Below are positions 1 through 12,300 of a stretch of 64,000 bases of DNA, piece by piece (the stretch's first letter is position 1; each line of letters starts with the position of its first letter). The position numbers were made by a program, and so were the translations under genes. The notes under the pieces are model-generated. The model did not search any database and was not told the origin of the DNA. It worked only from the letters and a program-made list of their open reading frames with translations. The DNA is from Entomortierella parvispora E1425 (Eukaryota; Fungi; Mortierellomycota): positions 1,240,001-1,304,000 of the forward strand of contig BQFW01000011.1 in NCBI GenBank assembly GCA_020891255.1. Direction: 5' to 3'.

Positions 1-632
1 CACCGTTGGGTGCATTGTCTCCAAAGAGAGACCAATTCGGCCGTGTCTTAAGGATCTCCTTGGTGGTCACGCCTTCATAATCTCCATAATCCCATTCGGT
101 CAACAGGGAAGTGGTCCGAGCTTGCGTCTGGACAAAACAAGAGAGAGGATGACCGTGCGAAGTGGATGTCTTGTTCAGTCCTCCGTCTCGAAGTTGCTCA
201 TATGTTTGCTGTGCTCGTTTTAAAGGAGAGACCAGGACCAAGGTGATATTGTTGATATGAACCATGTCCTGATACGGGTTTTCAAAGATGCTATGCTCCG
301 GTTCAAGAGTTGCAGCATTAGTAATTGATGGGTTTTTTTTGAGATACCGCGTCCTGTAGATACCATGGAGGGTTCTTAACAATGATGGTCCCAAACAAGG
401 CATAGAGAATCCTAGTTCCTGAGGAGGGATTGTCTTTCCTCATATGGAATCCAGTAGAGAGACAGGCTTTTACTCACCGAGACGAAAGCAACGCCGCTTG
501 CTCGAGACCGCTGGGTAAAAGTGGGACGTCTGTCAATCCAGTATGACGGCCGTTCTGACTCCACTCGGTCGTTCCATGACGGACAAGATAAACGCGCGGG
601 TATGGTCCGTGAACAGGCGAGGGAGCTGTCAT
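1..632 (-). CDS. SHB17: Histidine phosphatase (phosphoglycerate mutase family), sedoheptulose-1,7-bisphosphatase-like; 3' end lies beyond the window start
   Basis: Manual minus-strand translation from ATG at 632: [38 protein letters not shown] (RHG motif), GTGAGT donor at 477, then downstream exons with [11 protein letters not shown] and [17 protein letters not shown]. Absent from the ORF track because of introns. Confidence 0.85.
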
Positions 633-2297
633 GATGTAGTGGAAATCGTTCGAGGTGGGAGGGGAAAGTAACTGAAGAAAAGAGGAAGAGGGGTGAGGGG
701 TAAACTTGATTTAACTGGCACACTGGAAATGCGGGATAAAAAGCCACCGTGAATGCCGCGACCCCCGTCTCAGACGACACAACACGTTCATTCCAGGTCC
801 ATGCTGCAGCCTCAATTGCTTCAATTGGTTGCGCTCATGCACAGGGTTGCGTCAATGCGCCACCAAATGCACAGAAAATATTGTTTCTCCTGGTCCTGCC
901 AAGATATTTTCCCTCCCTTGTAAAGATGTGGGCGGCAAAGAAATGAAGCGCAGAAGAAGTAAAGAGGGCGACGATGACGCTGAGCCGGCACGGGGCGAAA
1001 AAGCCGCGACTACATCATTGCCTTGACCTTGCCGTTGGTTCTAAGAAAAGTGAGAAGTAGACCCGATTTGTCGATTCCCGCATTTTTTTTAAGTTACTCT
1101 GGTTGAGTCAGGGGAGAAAGGACGTGTCCAACCCGCAGTCCTCCACCGTTTGCTGTTCTCGTCAAGCAAAATCTATAGAGTTTCTAACGCTCAATTCGTG
1201 TGCCTTTCGGAAGACCACACGCTGACAGACCGACGAATTATTATTTTTGGTTAAACCGTAGCCTGGGCAAGGAGAGAGGACTGTCGAGACGATCCGGGTG
1301 ACCCTGACCGAGTAAAAATAATGAGCCTTTCGTCTGTTCTTATTTCTTTCCCTTTACTGGCTCTCGTCCACTGAGGAGAAAGCACACGAACCGGCGCAGC
1401 AAACTTTTCTTTACTCCCACATGGGGTGGAGGAAGGCAAGGAAAAAATGGAGAACAACAATAATGACTCGCGAGGTGATCGATTGGTTCTCGCAGTTGGC
1501 TCCCTTCCAATGTTCAGAAATACCGAAGCGTGAGAGTCCCTTCCAACGGAACAAACAAAAACTGGGAGAGACTGGGAGAGCAAAGTGAGCTTTTCTCCTG
1601 CTTTTGGTATCCATGTAGACTGCTGTGGCCTTCTTGAGAAAGTCCACCTTCCCACAAGTACATATACCGTGGCCGTAAAACAGCTGGATGCTCTCAACCA
1701 CGTCCAGCTGCAGCTGCAAGGAAGCATGTGCAGCTGCAGGAAAGAAAATAAAGCCTGAATGCGGGATGCAGAGTGTAAAGAGACGGATGGACACCAGCGG
1801 AAAAGGGAACCAGGGGCAAAAGCAACGGACATTATCAACCCTATTTACATTAGCTGCACCAAGCAGCTCCGTTTTGTTGGATTGGGGATTGTCCTATCAG
1901 TCATGCCGCCCCTTCCCCCTGAGTCTAGTTCTGGCGACCGACAGGGGCACTGAGAGTCAGAGAGTCAAGAAAGGAAACGAAGGGAAGAAGAGGAACTCTT
2001 TTTTTTCTTTAATTCGCCTTCCGCACAGGTCCCTCCGCTGGTCGGGTTGTCTATTCATTCCTCCATTCATTCGTCCAACACGCTTTCGTCGGAGAATGGC
2101 AAATTAAGAATCGCTTATATATAACAAACGGTGTCTCGACCCTGCCCCTGTTCCCAATTTTCAAAACGACTTTGCCCTCCTTTGTTCATTCTTTGCTTTG
2201 CTTCTTTTCATCGATCCTCTCTCCTCTACGCCTTTGCACTCTCTCGCCCCCCTCTCTCCGTCTCTCTCCCCCTCTCTCTATCACATTTACATTCCTC

Positions 2298-3554
2298 ATG
2301 TCACAACAATCAAAACCAGCAGCATACCTCAAAGCTGCTGCAAAGGCCCTGCGTCTGCAGCGGACCTTGAGCAGATCTAAGAGCTCAAAATCAAAAGATC
2401 TGGCAGCCTCGGCAGCCATGTCTGCACCTTGTTCGCCGGCTACGCCTACTTTCCAGCACTCAAATGGCCGGAGACTCTCCTACAGTCAATATATCCAGCA
2501 CCCACAGAGCGCCTACTCCATCCAACTTCATACCCCTCACCACCAGCACGATACCCCTCTTTACTCTCTCCAGCGCAGGCGCAACAACAGCAGCAGTACA
2601 TCTCGGCAAAGGTCTTGCTCACCCAGCTCCTCTCGACCCGCTGCTGTCGACTCGACCCTCTTTTCCAAGGGAGCCTCGTCTTCAAAACTCAGTCGCCGAT
2701 CTGGGCCCCCTGTCAACTTCCCAGTCATCACCATCCACCACATGCAGCCTGACCATTCCAGCTGCAATGGCACCTATGTGACCCTCACCCGTAGTAAATC
2801 CATGCCCCTCCGTCGCCGAAAGAGATTCTCACACCAGCCTCCCACAGCTCCCATGCCTTCACTGGCTCCCGTGGTGTCACATTCGCAATGGTGCACCAGC
2901 GGTCCAGTCCCGGTCCCTACACAGCACTTGCAACACCACACCTTGGGTACCATGTCCCCAACGAAACATGATACAACTCCAGCACAGGGAACAGGTCTAT
3001 CTGAGGTTACTGCCGCTGCAATAAACCGACCTGACACAGGAGGGTTGGAACAGTTGGTTTTGGACCTGGATTTGTGCGTTCCTGGTCCGACCGTCTCTGA
3101 TACCCAATCCCGCTCCTCTGCCTCAACCACGGCAGCGACCGTTTCAGCAGGAGCCGCAGCACCAGTCCCAGGGATTGGGCACATTCTCAATAGGACTGGA
3201 AGCGGTCAAAATATGGCCATCGCCTATGCCATGGCCAAACCCTCCAGGTCTCTGACCGGTTCCAGTCTCATCAGCAACAAAAGTACCCAGAGTGCCATGT
3301 CGATGCCGCTGGCGGATTCGAGCATGTCGATCCAATCCCATCTCTCGGAGGCTTCGATGCTTTCTGCTGCCATGTCGGCGAGCGGTCTGCCCTCTATGGA
3401 TGTGATGATGGATCAAGTTGACAGAAGCATTGCTGCTGACCAACAAGCACAGCTCGTCGAGAACGCTCATGTCTCGGTCCCTCATGTCACCTATGTCAAT
3501 CGATCCATGCTGGCCGAACCATGTTCTGCCAAGGTCGAGACTTGGGTGAGCTAG
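2298..3554 (+). CDS. Orphan Ser/Pro/His-rich intrinsically disordered protein; may continue through an intron (3546-3637) to a stop at 3739
   Basis: ORF of about 419 codons from ATG 2298 (MSQQSKPAAYLKAAAKALRLQR) after a pyrimidine-rich leader; no recognisable domain. Confidence 0.7.
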   Translation: MSQQSKPAAYLKAAAKALRLQRTLSRSKSSKSKDLAASAAMSAPCSPATPTFQHSNGRRLSYSQYIQHPQSAYSIQLHTPHHQHDTPLYSLQRRRNNSSSTSRQRSCSPSSSRPAAVDSTLFSKGASSSKLSRRSGPPVNFPVITIHHMQPDHSSCNGTYVTLTRSKSMPLRRRKRFSHQPPTAPMPSLAPVVSHSQWCTSGPVPVPTQHLQHHTLGTMSPTKHDTTPAQGTGLSEVTAAAINRPDTGGLEQLVLDLDLCVPGPTVSDTQSRSSASTTAATVSAGAAAPVPGIGHILNRTGSGQNMAIAYAMAKPSRSLTGSSLISNKSTQSAMSMPLADSSMSIQSHLSEASMLSAAMSASGLPSMDVMMDQVDRSIAADQQAQLVENAHVSVPHVTYVNRSMLAEPCSAKVETWVS

Positions 3555-4444
3555 CAACCTGACCTCAACAACTTGTAAAATAAAACCACTCCTCGCATCG
3601 GGTCTTTTTTTTTTTTTTTTTTTTTTTTTTTTGACAGGACCTCCTCGCTTTTGTTTTTTTTATTGTGCGTTTCTTTTGTGAAGCAACTGGGTCAATTAGC
3701 GGATGGTTTTCTTGCTTGGACCTCGTCCCCAGGAACTAGTTCACCGAACGACGAGAGGGTAATCAACGTCTCCGACTCTGCGCCGTCTAGACAAAAGGCT
3801 CATTCTTCCACATGCTCTCAGATGGTCGAAGCTCGTGCTCGTGCATTATAGAGGGCGGTGACACCACCTTTGCCTCTGGCCGTTCGTCTGCCCTTCAGAA
3901 AGGAGGGCTGTTTGCACCACGTCCGAAAACGCGCTAAAGCCGTCTGTTTGGTTCCTTTCCAATGTTTGTGCTCTCTGCATTTGTGGAGCGACAGTTGGAA
4001 AAAGAGAAGGCAAAAAGAGAAAAACATTAATGAACACAGAGCGTTGATTCTACGGCCCTACTCTGGACACACACGCAATGGCAGGGGGGGGGGGGGGCGT
4101 TCACGGCGCAAAGAACTTTTGAAGGCGGAAGATATTTCTTGAACTGCTGCTGTTTGGGCTGACAAGCAACAATGGGTCAAGCATACAGGGCGCGGGTGAG
4201 GTGAGGGGGGAAGTGGAGCATTAGGGTTGCTGCTCTTGTCTGGTCGCATTCAGAGGGCTGTCACCATATCATCGCGGCCTCACGAGCAATTCGACTTCTT
4301 TTTTCCTCTTTGCTCTTTCCGCCCATCTCCACCGATACCCTAAACTCTGCCTGACCCTCATCATCCCAATTCTTGGCCCCTCCGCTTCATATCACTCCCC
4401 ACCTCCTCACGCCACCTTACCCTTACCCTTACCCTAATTTAACG

Positions 4445-5535
4445 ATGCGTTTTACAATTGCTGCTGCCAGTGTTATGGCCCTGGCCAGTACCGTCATGGG
4501 TGCTGATATCTGGAAGAACTTGGGAGGAGACCTTGCCTTTGTTGGACCCAGTTACAATGCCACGTTCAAGGCGGGAGACACCATCCCCCTGGAGTATACC
4601 TTCTATACCCTCAAGAGCGTCAGCGTCAATGCCACCAACCCCTCCAACGCAACCGCTCCCAACATGGGCACTGGTAAGTGCCATAAATGTTGTCACTTTA
4701 GGAACCCAAACAAAAAAACAAAGAAGACCTCCGAAGCTCTGAGAACTAGAAAGAGAGAAAAACAAGGCGACTAAAACAGCATATCCTTGATGGTCTGTCA
4801 ACCTCTTATAGCCACTTTGACCTCTTTGGCATGGATTGGCGCCACTGGTAACCAGACTCTCCAGGTGACCTTGGACAATGACCGCTCGAGTGAGTACTCT
4901 TCTCCCTGCCTGGCCACCGATCCATGCACTGGGTCGTACTACCCCAAGCGTGTCAACCTGGTTATCCCTTCCGACACCTATCTTAGCAACTACACGGTAA
5001 GGACACCCATCGAGCACAAAGTCGAGTGATGAATCTGTCCATTGTGCTCTGATGATTGCAATGAAAAAGAGATGACCCAGGCAAACCGGACCATCGGTAC
5101 CTCTGTCGCTTGCGACCGAGGACAAAAATCGAGAGCACCAAAAAAAAAAAGAAAGAAAAAAAAATTATTTTGAGACCTGCAGGCACAGACGACCTGCGCG
5201 CCAGCCCGGAGATGGACGAAAGGGAGCTGGACCGAACCAACACGCAACACACTCATTCTTTCACTAATCCGCTGCTTCCACAACGATAGATTGAGATTGG
5301 ATACACGCTGTCGATTGCCGGCAACTACTCGATCTTCTACCGCGAGCCCGTTACTATCGTGGCCGCGACCGACAACGTGACCGCATCGGGTCCGGTCTTC
5401 CCGCAAGCGCCCCAAGTCCAGGTGACGCTTCCCGTGTTCGCAGCACCCAAGGGTTCGTCTGCTTTCTCCACACGGGTTCCCAAGGCCGTCATGGGTGCAG
5501 CCGCAGTGGTTGTGTCAGCCTTGCTCATGTTCTAA
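4445..5535 (+). CDS. Secreted, probably GPI-anchored cell-surface protein (3 exons: 4445-4673, 4812-4996, 5290-5535)
   Basis: Signal peptide MRFTIAAASVMALASTVMGA, several N-x-S/T sites, GT-AG introns that keep frame, C-terminal small-residue site plus hydrophobic tail KGSSAFSTRVPKAVMGAAAVVVSALLMF. Confidence 0.8.
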
Positions 5536-5776
5536 GATGGATCGTACGATCGGTTAAAAGATATGTGTAGAATGTCGGTCTTCTAAACCTCTCTAAAATA
5601 AAATTCAGATTGACAACAAAAAGTAAAAGTCACATGACCCGCAAAAGGTGAATCTCAGCCACCCAAAATTTCAATCCAACCCAGTCCACAAAAAAAAAAA
5701 CACACAAAACCAAGCGGACGACGGCAATTGCAACTTTTCTCCTCCTCTAAATTACCACTTTGGCATATTTTCCAAC

Positions 5777-7320
5777 ATGAGCTCGTTCGAAAAAGTAAAG
5801 AATCCAGCGCTACAACTCTCGTCATCGGATCAGGGGACACCTCATATACTCGGGAAAAGAATGGCGCATGGTCTGGACCCATCATCAGGATCTCTTCATT
5901 AGGAGGAATGGCTCGGGCGGGGTCCATTTGGTCCAGGATGGAACATGTCAAGGCGAATCCAAGATCGATCGGGGTCCAATGGGCCCATTGGACATTTGAC
6001 ATTCTGAAATTCAACCAAGCGTCAATTCAGGAATTATCATGCTCGCCCATCTCGTCATCACGATGGAATCGTCTGGCATGGTTCTGGAATCATCATCGTC
6101 ATCCATGTCGAGATCATTGTCAATTTTGGACATGGCATTTTCAACTTTTTACCCAACAAACCAATCAAAGGAAAAAGTCAACCCCAAGGAGTTCAACAAC
6201 AACACAGGCCGCTTTGCGATGACCAGTCGTCTAACCAAAGGAAACTTTTTTTTATTGTCTCTTTCAGGTGGTTGTCATCGACGGTAAAGGCCATCTCTTG
6301 GGTCGCCTCGCCTCCATTGTTGCCAAGCAGGCCCTCACTGGTCAGCGCGTCGTCGTTGTCCGCTGCGAGGAGTTGAACGTCTCTGGTTCCTTCTTCCGCA
6401 ACAAGCGTAAGTGAATCGTCCAACTTGAGGCAAAAATTCAAAAAAGGGGCAGACTCTGGAAGCATCGACACAAGACAGGAAGGACGACTGGACCACTGTG
6501 CCTACAGCGAGGAGGCATATCTTCATAGGAGCGATGATGAAGGGTTATCTCGTCAATGTTCTCAATATCAGTCAGAGGCACAGTGTTCGCGATAAGGCCA
6601 TGGTCCGTTATCAGCTGCTATGGTGATAGTCCTGGATACCTGTCAACTTCGACCGTTGCATCATGGTGATTCCTTCTTTGGACGGTGGACACGCTTCGCT
6701 ACAAGGGCGGCTGTCTGTGTAGAGACCGTTGAGGCGCAATCGACAATGAATCTCTGCATTGTCAGATTCTTTCGATAGCAGAGCAACCAGACCTTGGAGA
6801 CTCAAGACCTACTCTTTTCTCGAGACCATGCTGTTAACCCAAACAACTTTTATTTTTCTGGACTCTAGTGAAGTACCACGCTTTCCTCCGCAAGCGTTGC
6901 GTCGTCAACCCTGCCCGTGGTTCCTTCCATTTCCGCGCTCCTTCCCGCATCTTCTACCGTGCTATCCGCGGAATGGTTCCCCACAAGACCGCTCGTGGTG
7001 CTGCTGCCCTTGACCGCATCAAGCTCTTTGAGGGTGTCCCCCCACCATATGACCGCATGAAGCGCATGGTCGTCCCCTCTGCTCTTCGCGTCCTCAAGCT
7101 CAAGCCCGGTCGCAAGTACTGCACCATCAAGCGTGTCTCCCACGAGGTCGGCTGGAAGTACAACGATGTTGTCGCCAACCTCGAGGAGAAGCGCAAGGTC
7201 AAGTCCAAGGCTTTCTACGAGCGCAAGAAGGCTATTGCCAACGTCCGCGCCAAGGCTGTCTCTTCCAAGACCTCCGAGTTGGCTGCCGTCCAGGAGAAGA
7301 TCGCTGCTCTCGGTTACTAA
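5777..7320 (+). CDS. RPL16: 60S ribosomal protein uL13 (3 exons: 5777-5794, 6268-6406, 6869-7320)
   Basis: Spliced [27 protein letters not shown]...[47 protein letters not shown]; strong codon bias. Confidence 0.97.
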
Positions 7321-9321
7321 ATTCTTTAGAGTCGTCCTCCCATTGCTCTAATGAATATACGTTTCAAAAACATGGCTCGCTTCCGTTTCTGTTGCTTTTT
7401 TTTTTTTTTCGAGGAGTGCCACATATTATTGTTTGTTTTTCGGGATTATTTCTTTGAATCTGATGGAAATGATAGATATGCAATTGCTGTGGAATATGAA
7501 GAATGTGCAAGGATGCAACAGGGGCGGGATCTGGATCCGCTAAAAAGACTTGCACCAGGACACCAGGGGGCAGGATCAAGACTTGTCATCTCCACATTTC
7601 CTAGGAAATGTAGCATGTCAGACGCGACCTGAAGACTTTAGGCGACGCGATTAAAACTACAGGAACCTGTTTTCAAGAAAGAGTGTCCACAGCCTGTGAT
7701 ACCCGATGCTCACTATAGCTTCACCCCACAGTGGCAGGAGCAGCATGTGCAAAAAGGCCTTTTGCTCAGCACTTTGGATTTTTTTTCCTGGCTGAAAGAA
7801 GAAACTTTAGAGGAGAATGCTCCCAAGGATCCAGCATTATTCGTGTCTCACGTCCTCGCATTTTGGTGGCATGGAAGCAAGTTTTCCCAGCAAAGTTTTT
7901 GCCTCCCCAGTTTTTTGCAGATTGCTTTGCTCGGGGCGACGAAAGGCCACGAAAGGCCACGAAAGCTAGGGGTTGAGAGACGCTAAAGAATCCTATTTGA
8001 CGATCGGTCGATCATGCTTGGCCCGTTCTTCTTTTTTCTTCCTTTAGCCCCACCTTGCAGAATGTTTTGTTGACTGGGCGTTAGGCTCGTGCACTGCGGC
8101 CGGTCGGGATGCAAAGCCTCAAGAAACAGATGTTTAATGGACATCTATCCCTTGGTGGGTGGGTCAAGAGGAATGAGAGGACGTGGAGTGAGAAAGTAGT
8201 GTGTTTGTTATTGTTGTTCCGTTCTCTCTCCGGCATCCTGTTGGTTCATTGCTTGGGGGGTGAAAGAGGGTGTATGTTTGTTTGTTTTGATTCTCAGCTC
8301 GCTCTTGCCGACATGGATGGGCTGTGATGTATCTTTTTGGTTTGTTCCCCTTCCTTTCTAGCCTTCTTCCTCCATACGCTCTCATGGGCACAAAGACCTC
8401 GGAAGGCTCTTGTGACCAGGATTGTAGACGGAGAAAAAATGAGCGCAACCTGTCTTATTGAATCCAATGGGACATGGTTTTGAGTGATACCTTCGTGCAT
8501 GTAATGCGCTGAAATTCATGTCGGACATGTGCAAATAGATGGAGATGTGTTAAACGCCATACCAATGCAGGGCTGCAATATGAACAACTGAAAGACACCT
8601 TGTTTTTTTTGGGTTCCTACTCTTGTCCTCCTCTTTCCCCCCAATTCGTTGGCTCCCTTATGAGCGTAATCCCGTGCCAAGGAGCAATGGTGGTCCGCGA
8701 GTTGTTCAAGCTTGGCAGTTGCCGATCTGGCACCTGAAAGGACAAAACAAAGAGCAGTACGTCTGGGCAATCTTGCCGATAAACAATCGGGGTAATCTCC
8801 AATGGACAATGAGACCCCAAAGATAACACAATTGCGTCTTTATCATTCAGAGCGGCGCCAGGTCCACCCATATGCAGCATTCATAGGCGGAGTATTGTTA
8901 GTAGCACAACGAATGCCTTAGGTTCCCCCAAAAAAACCCATCGACAGATACCACGTCCATTTTACCTACCAGCGGCAGTAATATTTATCACCAGTTGCTA
9001 CTAATGGCAAAGTACCTCTGTGTTTCTGAGTTACGTATCTCCATCTGCAGAACTCGAAAGCGCGTGTCCATGCCCACGAGGAGGTACCGGATCGGTTGCC
9101 AAGGACGGTTCACGACGTCCTGCTGATGCAGGTCTCACCGATCCCCCTCGCCCTGCCCTGTTGTCCTCCGCTTGCCCATTTTTTTTATTTGTTTGTTTTG
9201 AATTCGGGCCAAAGATGAGTGTTACGTAGTGAACAAAAGGTACCGTAATTAGCAAAGACTGCAGTAGTTAAGTAGTCATTACAGAATTAAAGGGATAACA
9301 AGTAGAAAGCCAGAATGTTGT

Positions 9322-12300
9322 TTATTCAATCGCAGCTGCAGGTTTTTTTTTGATTACTTTTCTGTGGTAAGAACATATACCCCCGGCACGCTCAATTGGT
9401 TCCCGAAGACTTTCAAACGCCAATTGTTTTCGCACATCCAAGTCACGCTCAGCAGGCATCTCATGAATCATACCCAGAACGTGATAGATCACATCCTTGA
9501 AGTACTGGTAGTTTTTCCTATTGGAAACTCCAATATTGCCCCTGCGATATCGCCAATCTTTGCCAAAGGACACATCTAGTTGCCAGATAGGAGGGGTAGC
9601 TCCAGAACCTCTGAACCACCGTCGCCATATCTCATCCAAATCGACGGGTACGGCGTCTTTTCTGTTCCCATCTCGCGCCAGCACAATATTATCAATATTT
9701 GGAGTTATCTGAGGTAGGGTCCATATTCGCTCAGAAAAGCTTGCTGCAAGCGCCGCAAGGTGACCTTCGAGATTTCCCTCCAATTGACGCTGCTGCTGCT
9801 GCTGATCGTGCTCTTGTAAAATTGGCGTTTGCTGTTGCTGTTGCTGTTGCGGTTGCGGTTGCGGTTGCGGCTGCGGTTGCGGTGGTGGTGGTGGTGGTGG
9901 TGGTGGTGGTGGTGGTGGTGGTGTTGTTGTTGCTAGGTGTTGACTTTGTTGTTCTAGATCAAGATCTTCATCAAGTCTGATCTCGAGTCGCCGTTGCTTT
10001 GTTCGTTCCCTACGACGATCTATCAAAGTCTCGTCGTCGTCATCATCAACTTGTTCCTGTTCGTACTCTTCATCCATGATGGACAATGCATGTGGGGAAG
10101 GGGGTAGTGAGCGGATAGGAGGTGTTGACGATGGCACATCCACAACGTCTGGAGCAATACGTGCATTTTGATGAGTTGTCTGGTTCCGCTGCGCTACGCG
10201 GGCCTCCTCCCGCCGATGTTTTCTTAAATTCTCTGCCATGACCATTCCCGAGACTTCTAAGCCGAGCTCCATGCTCTCCATGTTTTTTCGCGTTTGTCGA
10301 GGTTGAGTAGAGGTGGGATGGATCTGAGGTTCTTGCGGTGTTAAAGATGCAGGCCTTCGGACTGCCTGTTGTATTTGCTGGACATGCTGAATGCATTCGA
10401 TAGGCGCAAAGACTTGAGTGCGCAACGAATTCTCCAGCTCTGAAGCAGTTCTTGCAAGGCTTATATCATTTGATGCGGATATGCCAGTCATCTGCCTCAT
10501 TTGTGCTCGAATCTGAAGATCCGCCGCTCGTAACATATCAGAGAGCATTGAGAAGATCCCCATTGTGGCGTGTTGGTTTAATTCTCGATGCTGCTTTGCA
10601 AGTGAATCCATGACGTTCACGTTCAATTCGCGAGATGTTGCTGCCTCGTCCCTTAGAATCTTGGGGAGACCTTCAGTGATCGCCTTTAGTTTGTCCAATT
10701 TCGACTCCACAACTTGATTGTGATGATGAAGACCCGGTAAATTGGCCTTGATACTATCTGACAGAGGCGAGACAGATGTTTCCATGGATTCGATCAGGTT
10801 TTTCTGAAATTCTAGGAACTCGATTGATTTGAAAAGATCGATGTCGAAGATCTCATGTCGATGGTAGGGGCGATCTGGGATTGAGAGAGACATCAAGGCG
10901 ACTGCGTCCTGCAGCACAACTTTGCGGAGGTGGGCGAGAAGAAGAAGAAACCGTATGAGCCTAATGTCCCTCTTCTCTATAGGCATGCGACGATCGACTG
11001 GTCGATTCAAATACATATCTCGATCCATCATGACGTTTTCGACCCATACTGTCCAGTCGGGGTACGTGAAGCATGTCTCTATGAACGGAAAGACTTTTCG
11101 CTGCAAGTTGGCGTCTGGAGTAAGAGTGTTCCGAGCTAACCAAAGGCGTTCTCCAGGCAAAGTACAACCAGCCAGTTTCATAGGAACATCCTTAGGGAAA
11201 CTGCTGAGGTAGTGAGTGACGACTCGCCTTCCTGTCTGCCAACGACCATGCTGAGAAATTGCTTCGATATCAGCTCCTGCTTCCTGTGCATGCCGTGCTC
11301 CTGATCCACGATGCCCGTGCAGTGGTTTGCTAGTTTTCACTCCAATGCTATCCAGCCCTGACTTGCCGGCCGCGCGGTGGGTGGAATCATGCATCTGTTT
11401 TCTTTCGTCATTTCCAACAAGCAGAAAAATGTCGACCCAGGAGTTATCTGCGGGGTCAAACTTTTTAAGCTGAAGTGGAAAAAAAAATGGGATAAAGTCA
11501 CTCAGTTAATTGTATGGCCTTCAACATATCAACAAAAACATATGGCACCAATATTTAATGGCTATTACCAAGAAACGTTCGAGAAGATGAAGCGCCAGGC
11601 TGCCAACAGGACATATCTGAACATCCTTGTTCCTGACAACGCTTCCATAGGCCGCCTTTCCATCTCGATTCGTCTTTCCTCGCAACATTTGAAGGATAAC
11701 TCCCAAAGTGAACTGGTGACCATCCTTCGGATGTTCATATGCATGAGAGAATATGTCAGACAACCTGGCCATACGCAAGTTTTCGCCTCGAGACATCATG
11801 AAGTGCAGCCAGGATCCACTAAGACGACTTCGAAATCCGACGATCTTCTTTCTCTTTGTTCTTCCGTGGTATCTGTGTTGCCAGCCATCCCACATTAAGG
11901 CAGACAACTCTGGTATATCATATCCACTGTCAAAGTTGAGAGTCGCTGTGTCTTCTGAGGTGAGTTGGGCGGAATACTCCAGAACATATCCCTTCATGAG
12001 TGAAGACAGCTCTGGAGATCGTAAACTGATCGTAGGATGCCCAAACATAACCTTGTTGCTCGGATCTGCCTTTTGCATCTTAAAAAGATCGAAGCAGGCT
12101 TTGACGTATTGCATGACTGTTTCTGGAGCCGGCAGTTGGCCGTCAGGATCATAGCCATCCTTTGTTTTGCTGACTCGTAGAGGGCGAATCCCTTTTGGCA
12201 GCTCAGGGTCGACAGGGTGTTTGGCGACGTTGTGGGTCATGTAAAGGAGGAAGCGACTGGGAAGTACATTGGGTTTGACATAGCCCATTCGTTTGCACCA

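Noticed and set aside
3552-3584. Stop-codon readthrough at TAG CAA giving a QPDLNNL extension
   Set aside because: Context is not the full CARYYA leaky motif and the extension is not a convincing PTS1; an intron explains the site better.
6494-6640. Canonical box C/D snoRNA (U32-U35 homologue) in RPL16 intron 2
   Set aside because: ATGATGA is present but I found no CTGA box D at a suitable distance and no clear rRNA-complementary guide; kept only as a generic structured-intron finding.
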